Under the pieces are notes generated by a model. That model was not told where the DNA came from. It searched no databases and was given only the letters and a program-made list of their open reading frames with translations. From contig JBMNJG010000004.1 in NCBI GenBank assembly GCA_050951545.1, positions 32,001-96,000 on the forward strand: a stretch of 64,000 nucleotides of DNA, written 5' to 3'. This document shows, piece after piece, positions 40,259-49,558 of this stretch (the first letter of the stretch is position 1; each line of letters opens with the position of its first letter). The translations under genes were made by a program, and so were the position numbers. Source of the stretch: Limnochordia bacterium. GTDB lineage: Bacteria; Bacillota; Limnochordia; DTU080.

Positions 40259-42118
40259 ATGAGTAGAACCGCAAGAGGAATCTTGGCTCTGTGCCTGCTT
40301 GCTCTTCTGTGCTTCACTGGGCAGGCGCTGGCGACACTGCCGGAATATGGAGCGGAGGCCAATCCGACCGGGGAGCCACTGGGAGGTGGGACGGGGTACA
40401 CACGTTTGGTGCATGGTGGAGAGTACGAAGTCCAAGACAGGGAGGGGTTTCTGGCGGCACTGAAACGGGCTCGGCCAGGCGAGATCATCTACTTACTACC
40501 GCAGGCTGAGATCGACCTCACAGGGCTGGAGAATGTCGAGATGCCTCAAGGAGTCACCATTGCTGGCAACCGAGGCGATGCGGGCAGTCCGGGGCCTCTG
40601 ATCTACTCCACTCAGTTGAAGACCTACCCACTCTTCAACGTCGGTGGCCCAGGCGTGCGCGTCACAGGCATCCGTCTGCGAGGTCCGAGTCCACAAACGC
40701 CGGATTCCATCGCCATGCGCATCATGGCCAATGACGTGGAGGTAGACAACTGTGAGATCTTCAACTGGAGCTATGCGGGCGTGGCCATTTTGCGAGCCCA
40801 GAACGCGTATATTCACCACAATTTCATCCATGACGTTCGCCGACCCGGACTGGGCTATCCAGTAGTAGTAGATGACGGAACGGCTCTGGTCGAAGCGAAT
40901 ATCTTCGACTACTATCGGCATGCGATCGCCGCCACGGGAACTAAGGGTACGGGTTACGAGGCGCGCTACAATCTCGTGCGAGAGAGTGCTATCAGCCACG
41001 CCTTTGACATGCACGGCGGTACAGACTATTGCCCTCGGCGAACGACCTGTACGGACCAGGATGTGCTGACAGCAGGTGCCTATGTGGATATTCACCACAA
41101 CACCTTTCTCATCACTAGCTATGAGGCCATCAGGATTCGGGGTGTGCCCAGCGAGTACGTTGATATCCACCACAACTGGTTCATCGACCCCAATCCGACG
41201 CGGAGCGTGCGCTACCGCTACTACAGCGGCGGTAATGCCCATGTGTATGACAACCTGTACGGACCCGACCAGCGGCATGTGGCGGTGTTGGTCACACCGA
41301 GTCCTTTCATCTTTGCAGAGGGGTCACGGGCCATCGTCGGTCTGGCAGGCGGCAAGCGGATCTCCTATGGCTTCGCCAACCCATCCGCAACCTCTACCAC
41401 GGTGGCCAGAGGTAGTATGCCAGTGGAGTTGCTGCCGGTTGTGGTCGATGCCTCGCTGGGCATGGATGTGGAAGTGACAGGGGTAGCGATCAGGCTTGGT
41501 GGCGTTGTGATCTACGAGGACGATGGACTGCCTGCGCCTGGCGAGTTGGTAGTGGACACGATGCAGATGCCAGATGGTGTCTATGAGATGGCATTGGAGG
41601 TCGAGACGAACTTGGGTTTTCCCTTGCGGCAATCGGTCCGGTTTCATGTGGACAACTGGTGGCAGATGACGGACAACATCGATGCTCCTGCCCTCTCAGG
41701 TTGGTTTGGGGTTCTTGATTTCTCACGCACCAGTGCCGTGTCCGATGGCTGGACGTACGCCACGGATAACCCTGAGGACTTCTGGCAAGATGGCGATCGC
41801 CGTGTTCGCTTAGGGCTGACGGAGGAGTTCCTGATTTGGGAGACACCCCGTCTTCAGCACTTTCGTACCGTCCTCTACAGCAGGAGTGTCGCACCGGATG
41901 GCGTAGGCGCATCAGTCTCTGACGATCAGACAACGTGGAGCGATTGTGTCTGTCAGGTCAAAGCCACTGGGCCCAATGAAGCAGGATGGTACCGCCTTGA
42001 GCTTGACGGATGGGTGCCTCACGGCGTAAGCGCAGACTGGTTTCGCCTGGTGTTGCGCGGCGGCGCAAACCCTGCGGATACGCAGATCGGTGAAGTGGAA
42101 TTCAGGGGATTGCATTAG
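40259..42118 (+). CDS. Secreted right-handed parallel beta-helix protein
   Basis: Signal peptide and repeated IHHN/EAN/YN PbH1 turns, with C-terminal Ig-like and beta-sandwich domains. Confidence 0.8.
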   Translation: MSRTARGILALCLLALLCFTGQALATLPEYGAEANPTGEPLGGGTGYTRLVHGGEYEVQDREGFLAALKRARPGEIIYLLPQAEIDLTGLENVEMPQGVTIAGNRGDAGSPGPLIYSTQLKTYPLFNVGGPGVRVTGIRLRGPSPQTPDSIAMRIMANDVEVDNCEIFNWSYAGVAILRAQNAYIHHNFIHDVRRPGLGYPVVVDDGTALVEANIFDYYRHAIAATGTKGTGYEARYNLVRESAISHAFDMHGGTDYCPRRTTCTDQDVLTAGAYVDIHHNTFLITSYEAIRIRGVPSEYVDIHHNWFIDPNPTRSVRYRYYSGGNAHVYDNLYGPDQRHVAVLVTPSPFIFAEGSRAIVGLAGGKRISYGFANPSATSTTVARGSMPVELLPVVVDASLGMDVEVTGVAIRLGGVVIYEDDGLPAPGELVVDTMQMPDGVYEMALEVETNLGFPLRQSVRFHVDNWWQMTDNIDAPALSGWFGVLDFSRTSAVSDGWTYATDNPEDFWQDGDRRVRLGLTEEFLIWETPRLQHFRTVLYSRSVAPDGVGASVSDDQTTWSDCVCQVKATGPNEAGWYRLELDGWVPHGVSADWFRLVLRGGANPADTQIGEVEFRGLH

Positions 42119-42201
42119 GTGAGCCGCAGGCCTTTCTGTGGATGGAAAGGGTGGTTCTGCGGGTGAACAGTACCCTTGCGGCGTTCGCTAGCGGTATTGC
42201 T

Positions 42202-42540
42202 ATGACAGGTGACATTCGGGTGGACATGATGGCGCTGCTGACGCACTATGGTTGTGAAAAAACGATCAGTCACAGCCTGTGCATCGCCAACGAGGCTCAA
42301 CGCTTGGCCGCGCGCTGGAACGAGAGTCTCTTTGAGGCCGAAGTGGCGGGCTGGTTGCATGATATCAGTGGCATCGGCTGCCACACTACGCTCAGAGCGG
42401 ATGCCACGGGGCTGGACAAGGTGGTATTCCGAACGGTCGGATGTGGCAAGCTCAGGCGCAGTGGTACAGGTCGCAGCCAAGATGGGCGTGATCTCACCAA
42501 GCGGCGCCAGAGACTACTCTCGCACAGGCAGGAGGGATAG
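42202..42540 (+). pseudogene. HD-domain (YqeK-like) hydrolase, internally deleted
   Basis: HS...AGWLHDISG is fused directly to IGCHTTL...LDKVVF. The intervening helices and the final D motif are missing. Confidence 0.7.
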
Positions 42541-42723
42541 GGCAACAGATGCAGAAGAGAACCGCATGGCTTCTTGCCATCCGCGCAGAGCGGGTCTCCT
42601 TATTGCTTTCCGGGTATGACAGGAGCCCTTGCTGTGGAGTACGTATGAGCGTCCCGTGTGAAGCAGGGCGCTCACTCATGTCGATAGTGCAGCGTAGAAG
42701 CATACGAAGGGAACGTGTGATGC

Positions 42724-43320
42724 ATGTGGTACACTGTCGGCATGACGGTAGGGAGAATGTACCTGGGGCTCACTAAGCAACTCATCGTGATTGATACGCG
42801 ACACGTGCCAGTAGTTGGCCCCGTCATCCTGGCCTCGAACCACAAAAGTAATCTAGATCCTTTCTGCATTGGGGCTGCCGTCAAGCGCCAGGTGCATTTC
42901 CTGGCTAAGGATGAGCTTTTTCACAACCCCGTTGTGGGCTGGTACTTGCGCAAATCTGGCAGTCTGCCCGTAAGGCGGGGCATTTCAGATAGGCGGGCCA
43001 TTGCTGCAGCAGCTGAAGTGCTCAGGCAGGGGCGTGTGCTAGGCGTATTCGTGGAGGGAACTCGGCGTAGGGATATCGAAGGTGTGGGGGCTATGAGAGC
43101 CGGTGCGGCGATGCTGAGTCATCGTGCCAAGTCTCCGATCGTCCCGGTGGCCATCAGACGAGAGGGTCAACGCATTCGCGTCAGCTTTGCCCCCCCGATA
43201 GTAGCCGCCAGTGTAGCTGGAGCCAGCGAGGCCCCCTCGCGCAAGGCGGTGTACTCAAGGATTAATGAGGCCATAGCGGATGCACTTGCTCTGATGCTGC
43301 GACGTTCATACGCGACATAG
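42724..43320 (+). CDS. plsC: 1-acyl-sn-glycerol-3-phosphate acyltransferase
   Basis: NHKSNLD, FLAKDELF, FVEGTR and PIVPV motifs. Confidence 0.88.
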   Translation: MWYTVGMTVGRMYLGLTKQLIVIDTRHVPVVGPVILASNHKSNLDPFCIGAAVKRQVHFLAKDELFHNPVVGWYLRKSGSLPVRRGISDRRAIAAAAEVLRQGRVLGVFVEGTRRRDIEGVGAMRAGAAMLSHRAKSPIVPVAIRREGQRIRVSFAPPIVAASVAGASEAPSRKAVYSRINEAIADALALMLRRSYAT

Positions 43321-43397
43321 CGAGACTGTCTAAGGATCATACTATCCCGAGTGGCTTCTCGAATGGCAAAAAACCGCAGAACAGGCGTTAACCAGCG

Positions 43398-43615
43398 TTT
43401 CAAGGTACGCGAGGCCAGCAGAATGCAGGGCACGGCGCTTGTTGTGACCATGGCTGTGCGTGACGATGGACGCCGGGAGATCACTGGCCTGTCCCTCTAG
43501 GCCATATGCACTTCCCTAAGACACGCTGGCGGCGTTTGCGCTCCACGAACCCGTTGGAACGGCTTAACAGAGAGATCAAGCGCCGATTCAACGTTGCCGA
43601 GATCTTCCCTAACCC
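43398..43615 (+). mobile_element. IS256 transposase remnant (two fused segments)
   Basis: KVRE...DGRREITG, then FPKTRWRRLRSTNPLERLNREIKRR...IFPN. Confidence 0.78.
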
Positions 43616-43637
43616 GTATTTCTGGAAGGTTCGATAG

Positions 43638-44075
43638 TTGTCAGTAATCCCCTGCCATCCGGCTAGAGCCAGAATACTCCTCAAGTCCGGAAGGGCGAAG
43701 GTGTACCGCCGCTACCCCTTCACGATCATTGTTACGGACAGGGAAGAGTCTGAAACCCAAGAGGTTGAGCTGAAGATTGACCCCAGCAGCAAGACCACAG
43801 GTGTGGCTATCGTGGCCCAGTTCGAGAGAGGTCACGAGGTGCTGTGGGCTGCCAACCTAGACCACACGGGGCAGCAAACTGTGCAGCAGCTGCAGAAGAG
43901 AAGGCAGGTGAGACGCTCTAGGCGTAACCGCAAGACGCGCTACCGCTAGCCCAGGTTCTCCAATCGCACGAGGCCTCAAGGGTGGTTGCCACCATCACTG
44001 CAATCCCGGGTTGGCAATATCACTGTGTGGGCCACACGGCTCATTGAACTAGCTCCGGTCACAAGCGTTGATTAG
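43638..44075 (+). pseudogene. iscB: IscB (IS200/IS605 RNA-guided nuclease) N-terminal remnant
   Basis: PCHPARAR...PFTI (PLMP domain), IDPSSKTTG (RuvC-I), RRSRRNRKTRYR*PRFSNR...GWLPPSL. Internal TAG at 43947; no HNH. Confidence 0.88.
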
Positions 44076-44168
44076 ACGTCCGACGACCGTCCGGCGCTAC
44101 GCACCATGACTAGCGCCTTGCGCTTCGTCGGCGTCGCAACATCCATGTTGCTCCGAGGGAGTGTAGCG

Positions 44169-47100
44169 ATGGTGTCTATGGAGAACAAGGTAGGGCTTTC
44201 TATTGTGATGACCTTGTTACTCATTTGTGTGTGGATACCCTGGGGTGCCTACGCACAACAGCGCGATGACGCAGTGAAACCTGCACCAGACAATTTAGTG
44301 ACGAATGCAAGTTTTGAAGAAGACATGGCGGGCTGGCGCATCTCCTTCCCCGGGGAGGGCAAGACGGTAGCCATTGATGGCGTGCATGCTTCTGACGGGC
44401 ATCACTCAGTGCAGCTGACAAAAGCGGTGGCAGGGTCTTCGATTGGGGTGTCTCAAGACATCAAAGTCGAAGTAGGGCAGCTTTACCGAGTAGAAGCCTG
44501 GGTACGCGTGGAGAATCTACAAAAAGACCCCAGCTCAGGGCTGGGGAGCGCTATGCTGCGGGTGCAGTTTCGCGGCGCTCAAGGGGCCATCGGCAGGCAC
44601 GCTGAGGTGCACCTAAGAGAAGATACCGACGGGGAGTGGGTGCGCTTGAGCGATGAGTTTGCCATACCGGAAGGCACGAACTCCATATTTCTAGATCTGT
44701 TTCTCTTCCGGGCCACGGGTAATGTGTGGTGGGATGGTGTATCCTTGATGGCCATTGACGAGGAGTCGGCGGCGACAAAGGATCTGGAGGCCTCTGGTCT
44801 CGTCAAGTTGAGCCGGGAGCCCGTAGGTACACCGCGGGTTGGCTCCGTGTCTGCCTCTCCGATCAAGATTCCGGCCAGCGAACACCCGCGTCTGTTCATT
44901 TGTGCGGAGGAGATCGCCGCTTTGCGGGACGCCGAAGATCCAAGTACTAATATCATTCTTCAGTCTCTCATCATCCAGCCTGCTGGAGCCCTGGTAGGGC
45001 GCTACAGTACCCCCATCGAGATCCCGGGCAAAGGAACCGATGTCAGTCAAGATCAACCCCATTATCGCTTGATTGATGACGCGGTCAACGCGGGACTGGC
45101 CTACGCGTTTTCTGGCAACGTCGGGTTGGCCAAGGTGGTTCGCAAGATACTGTTGGCCTATGCACAGGTGTATGGAGATTATCCGCTGCATCATGCGACC
45201 ACCGATGGCCGTCTCATGCACCAAACGTTAGATGAAGCGGAGTGGCTTAGGCGGGCGGCATGGGCGTATGATCTCACGCTCAACAGCGGATTGTATAGCA
45301 CGGCCGATCGGCAAAAGATTGAAGATGACCTGTTATGGGAAGCTGTCGCGGTGATAGATCGCAATAGGTCAGTCCGTACAGGTGATACGTGGCAAGCGAG
45401 GCAGAATGCGGGTATCGGGGCGGTGGCCTTTCTTCTAGACCATGAAGCGTGGATCAACGAAGTGCTCTTCGGCCCACAGGGTTTCATGACCTTGTTTCCC
45501 AGAGGCCTGCGTGACGACGGCCTCTCATGGATGCAGTCGATGCACCACCATTACTCCAATCTTAGCCTTTGGCTCTATTTGGCCGAGGCGGCTTACCGTG
45601 GCGGATACGACTTGTACCGCGCCACCTGGGGCGAAAAGTCCATGAAGGATATGTTTGACGCCCCCATTTACCACACATTCAGTAACGGCAAGCACCCGAT
45701 TGTCGGCCACGCGACGCCGGGCACAGTGCTGCGCTTTGACTGGACGTATGCTCTAGCGTACCAGCGCTATCGGGATCCGGTGTATGCCTGGCTCTGGCGG
45801 CGGGCTCCGCAGTCAACTGGCGGGGGGCCACCCATGCTCTTCTATCTGTCCGCCTTGCGACAGTCGCCCGAACTCGAGCGAGTCACCATCGGTTTTGAGC
45901 GTTTTGGCAGCCAGGGAGAGAACATCGCTGGTCACACGTGGTTTCGGGATTCGGGCATGGTGACGCTGCGCGGGCGCGCAGAAAAAGCCATGGGGCCGGA
46001 AGTGGTTCTTTTGTACAAGCCCCATGGAACGGTCGGCCACCAGGCCTCGGACAATCTTTCATTGATGATGTCCACGGGAGATCATAATTGGCTTCCCGGC
46101 TTAGGTGATTACGAGTATCCGAAAGGCCACCCGGAGCAAGGTTCTTGGTATGAGCAGAGTGTGGCCCGTACAGGTGTGGTCGTTGACGAACGCTCGCAAT
46201 ACCCCCAAGGCTTGAGCGAGGCTCTATTTCTCACCGATGGCAAACAACCGTCGTCGGGAGAGTTGCTGCATTTTGTCGGGTTGCCTTCGATCGCGCTGGC
46301 TGAAGCCCGTACCGATAACGTCTACGAAGGCGTGCGGATGAATCGCCGGGTGCTGGTCCATTCCTCGTACGTGATTGATCACTACACCGTAAGCTCCGAG
46401 AAGGAGCACCGCTATGACTGGGTTATGCATGTGGACGGCAAGGAAATGGCTGCTCCTGACCCAGAAGAGCGACAGGTAGGCAGTCTAGGCTCGAGGGCCG
46501 GCTATCAGCATATTGTCAACGTCAGAAGTAGGCAGACAGACGACACCTGGAAACATATGTGGGAACACCCGAGAAGAAGCGGCACACAGCTGCAGGCGAT
46601 GATGCTAGGTGGCGATGATACCGAGGTCATTCGGGCCACGGGGTGGGGACCAAAGCTGTCAGATCGACCGTTAGTGATGGCCCGTCGGACGGGGAAATCA
46701 ACACAGTTTGTCACTCTGATAGAGCCCTTTGTGCAGGAGCCCGTTGCGGCAGGCATGGCGCGTCTGGAGGATGAAAAACAGGGTGTGTCGGGTCTGATCA
46801 TAGAGCGCACAGGGCACGGAGATAGGCCAGACCAGTTGGTCTGGCACCATTCTGGAACGCTGGGCGCGAAGGCAATGGCCACTCTGGCGACAGGTCAACG
46901 GTTTGAGGGTGAGCTGGCCTTCTTCGGTCAAGGGGATGAAGAAGGGGAAGAGACGATGTTGCTTCTAGACGGAGTGTTGATTGCGGCAGAGGAGCTTTCG
47001 GTGGAAGTGGACGCAGCCGCGGATTTGGCCATTGAACGCGAAGCCAGGCATAGACTGGTCGTCACGCAACGAAGCGGAGGGACGCGCCAGATCACCATTC

Positions 47101-47336
47101 GTCTTGCGGAAACGAAAGACGTCGGCGCGTTTCAACTGTACAAGCTGGGCGTCGGCGATCGTCTTGCGGATATACCAGTCGAGGCGTCTGTCGCAGAAGG
47201 TTTGGCACAAGGGCATGGCGATGGTGGACAGACGGTTCTTGAATGGGCCGCGGATCCCGGGGTGGTCTACGTACTCGGACCCGCATCTCCAGAAAGGGCT
47301 TGGCTAGAGCGATTCGCCGTCACTATTTGTCTCTAG
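44169..47336 (+). CDS. Secreted heparinase II/III-like or alginate lyase with N-terminal CBM4/9-like domain
   Basis: NLVTNASFE...WWDGVSL CBM, HPRL, QTLDEA.W and SGMVTLR motifs. Confidence 0.8.
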   Translation: MVSMENKVGLSIVMTLLLICVWIPWGAYAQQRDDAVKPAPDNLVTNASFEEDMAGWRISFPGEGKTVAIDGVHASDGHHSVQLTKAVAGSSIGVSQDIKVEVGQLYRVEAWVRVENLQKDPSSGLGSAMLRVQFRGAQGAIGRHAEVHLREDTDGEWVRLSDEFAIPEGTNSIFLDLFLFRATGNVWWDGVSLMAIDEESAATKDLEASGLVKLSREPVGTPRVGSVSASPIKIPASEHPRLFICAEEIAALRDAEDPSTNIILQSLIIQPAGALVGRYSTPIEIPGKGTDVSQDQPHYRLIDDAVNAGLAYAFSGNVGLAKVVRKILLAYAQVYGDYPLHHATTDGRLMHQTLDEAEWLRRAAWAYDLTLNSGLYSTADRQKIEDDLLWEAVAVIDRNRSVRTGDTWQARQNAGIGAVAFLLDHEAWINEVLFGPQGFMTLFPRGLRDDGLSWMQSMHHHYSNLSLWLYLAEAAYRGGYDLYRATWGEKSMKDMFDAPIYHTFSNGKHPIVGHATPGTVLRFDWTYALAYQRYRDPVYAWLWRRAPQSTGGGPPMLFYLSALRQSPELERVTIGFERFGSQGENIAGHTWFRDSGMVTLRGRAEKAMGPEVVLLYKPHGTVGHQASDNLSLMMSTGDHNWLPGLGDYEYPKGHPEQGSWYEQSVARTGVVVDERSQYPQGLSEALFLTDGKQPSSGELLHFVGLPSIALAEARTDNVYEGVRMNRRVLVHSSYVIDHYTVSSEKEHRYDWVMHVDGKEMAAPDPEERQVGSLGSRAGYQHIVNVRSRQTDDTWKHMWEHPRRSGTQLQAMMLGGDDTEVIRATGWGPKLSDRPLVMARRTGKSTQFVTLIEPFVQEPVAAGMARLEDEKQGVSGLIIERTGHGDRPDQLVWHHSGTLGAKAMATLATGQRFEGELAFFGQGDEEGEETMLLLDGVLIAAEELSVEVDAAADLAIEREARHRLVVTQRSGGTRQITIRLAETKDVGAFQLYKLGVGDRLADIPVEASVAEGLAQGHGDGGQTVLEWAADPGVVYVLGPASPERAWLERFAVTICL

Positions 47337-47521
47337 TCCACGCTCAACGTATCGGGTTGGCATCACCTTCCTTTGGGAAGTGGTGCCAACTTGGCACCTT
47401 GCATGAGCATGCGGGCAGGAAACAGAAGGTGGGTCCATAACATAACAGATGAAACAGATGAGACTCCTTAAGCCGAGGCAATGATGGCGTCATGGCTGGA
47501 TGACTGATCGGAGGAGTATAC

Positions 47522-48778
47522 ATGGAAATACAGAGTCGGTGTCGGGTAGCATTAAGTGTCAGTTTATTGTTGTTGGTTATACTAAGTATCTCAGGTGCTG
47601 CGGCCACCAAAAAGGTTGTCATGATGTCTAGAACCGACTACCAGTACCCGATCTTTGACGAATACATGATAGACCTGTTTCACAAAGAAAACCCTGATGT
47701 CACCATAGAGCTGTTGGGGGCCTCCTCATCGGAGCAAAGAATGAAGGTGTACGTGGCAGGTGGTCAGCAACTCGACATTTGCGTGATGGACCCCTATATC
47801 ATTCTGGATATGGCCAGGACAGGCCTCGCCGCACCGCTGACTCAGTTTGTGCGTCGTGAACCGAGGTTTGATCACTGGTATACTCCTATTCTCGAAGCCT
47901 ACACCTTGAGAGGTGAGGTATATGGGCTTCCGCGTGATCTGCAGCTGCCAGGCGTCTTTCTCAATGTCACTGCCTATCATGAGACTGGCCTTGCGGTTCC
48001 GAGAACCCGGTGGGCCTATGAGGATGTGAGGAAAAACGCTGTCAAGTTGCAGAAGGTCGACGACACTGGTACCGTGACCCGTTGGGGTTGGAAGATGCCT
48101 ACGTGGCGCAACTGGGTGCCCATGATCTGGGCGCACGGCTCAGACTTTGTGGATAGCTGGACCGACCCTACCCGTTTCGTGGGGAATGATTCAGGAATGC
48201 ACCAGGCCCTCGCTTTCATGCATTCACTTTTGGAGACGGGCGCTATTCCTGGTCTCGCCGAGCACGGCCGCAAAACTGCTTCGATAGGTTTCATGGATCA
48301 GACCAATGCGATGGTCAACACGAACACGGTCGTCATGGGCAACTTCAAGACCATTCTTGACTTTGAGTGGGACGTCGCTCCTGCGCCCTACGGGCCAGTT
48401 GGGCGCAAGCCCTTTTTCAACGCCCTGAGCTGGGTTATGCTCAGCACGGCGAAAGACAAAGAGGCCACCTGGCGGGTCATTGATTTCATGACGAATGAGA
48501 CTGCCATGAAAACCATGGCGGATCGTTTGGGCATGGTGCCCCCCGACCGTCGTTATGCACAGTACTGGGTCAGAGTGAGCGAAACGCCTTTCAACAGGGC
48601 GGTGCTATTTGAAGAGTTGGATTCGGCGGGCTATCCGGGCACTCTGGAGAACGGTCTCTTCGGCATCCTCGAAAGAGAAAGCATGGCGGCCGCCTGGGGT
48701 ACCACTCCCATCGGCTCTGCGATCGAGAACATGCAGCAGCTGACCACCGCCAGATTGCGCGAGACGGCCAATTGGTGA
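47522..48778 (+). CDS. Extracellular solute-binding protein (ABC family 1)
   Basis: Signal peptide, FHKENPDVTIE, YGLP and WDVAPAP motifs. Confidence 0.9.
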   Translation: MEIQSRCRVALSVSLLLLVILSISGAAATKKVVMMSRTDYQYPIFDEYMIDLFHKENPDVTIELLGASSSEQRMKVYVAGGQQLDICVMDPYIILDMARTGLAAPLTQFVRREPRFDHWYTPILEAYTLRGEVYGLPRDLQLPGVFLNVTAYHETGLAVPRTRWAYEDVRKNAVKLQKVDDTGTVTRWGWKMPTWRNWVPMIWAHGSDFVDSWTDPTRFVGNDSGMHQALAFMHSLLETGAIPGLAEHGRKTASIGFMDQTNAMVNTNTVVMGNFKTILDFEWDVAPAPYGPVGRKPFFNALSWVMLSTAKDKEATWRVIDFMTNETAMKTMADRLGMVPPDRRYAQYWVRVSETPFNRAVLFEELDSAGYPGTLENGLFGILERESMAAAWGTTPIGSAIENMQQLTTARLRETANW

Positions 48779-48843
48779 TCCGGGCTGGCAGCCCAAAGGA
48801 CCAGCCAGCAGAGTGCTGCGATGCGCCGTGGGACTGGCGAGGG

Positions 48844-49407
48844 CTACATGATGCTGACCATGACCACGGCGCTGGCGGCTGCTCCCACTAGCGTACCTGA
48901 GATCAGCTCGGCCATAGAGTGTCGCTGCGTTCGCAGGCGTGCCCAGAACACAAGCGGCAAGGTGATCCAGACCCACAGTACAGCAGGACCGATCACAGCG
49001 GTCATGATGGTCAGGGGGCCCGAAAAACCGCAGGCGTGTCCGCTGGCCTTGAAGTCCAAGGCCCCATTGATCAGGCTAAGCAGGCCACCTGAAGCCAGGT
49101 ACGACAGGAAGAAGCCGAGGACCACTTGGGGTGCTCGGCCGCACATACATACGATGGTGCCTAAGACATAACTAAGCACTGATACGACAAAGGCCAGCTG
49201 GCGCTGGCCTTTCCGGCCTAGCTCTCTCATGGACGGCAGCGCATAGGAGAAGACATAGGACAGAAGCGGGGCAGCTGTCAGAAGCAGTAGGGTGATGCAG
49301 TACCACAGCCGGCCCCCAAAGGCAGTGGGTTCATACAGGTAGACAGCGGTTGCCGCCAGCCCCGCAATGATCGGTGGGGTAGAGATGACTCCCGTCGCGA
49401 TTGCCAA
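48844..49407 (-). CDS. PAP2-like membrane protein (start possibly frameshifted)
   Basis: Multi-TM, KASGH and WARL...H motifs. The RBS-linked ATG at 49435 is out of frame. Confidence 0.65.
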   Translation of the reverse strand: MAIATGVISTPPIIAGLAATAVYLYEPTAFGGRLWYCITLLLLTAAPLLSYVFSYALPSMRELGRKGQRQLAFVVSVLSYVLGTIVCMCGRAPQVVLGFFLSYLASGGLLSLINGALDFKASGHACGFSGPLTIMTAVIGPAVLWVWITLPLVFWARLRTQRHSMAELISGTLVGAAASAVVMVSIM

Positions 49408-49558
49408 TTTATGACGTAGCGGTGTGATTCGTCATAGGCTCTCCTCCAAGTCCTTCTTCAATGCACCATCCCATGGACACTGGGTAGGGAATTAGAATGA
49501 CACTTCGCCAAGGGGAGGCTTCCTCCCCCTAGAAGATGCACTATGGGAGGTAGATCGA

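Noticed and set aside
43638-44075. Functional OMEGA or Cas9-like system
   Set aside because: Nonsense codon, missing HNH and RuvC-II/III, and no omegaRNA-like region upstream.
44067-44140. attC site after the IscB remnant
   Set aside because: The hairpin runs GTT...AAC, the reverse of attC core orientation, and no cassette gene ends there.
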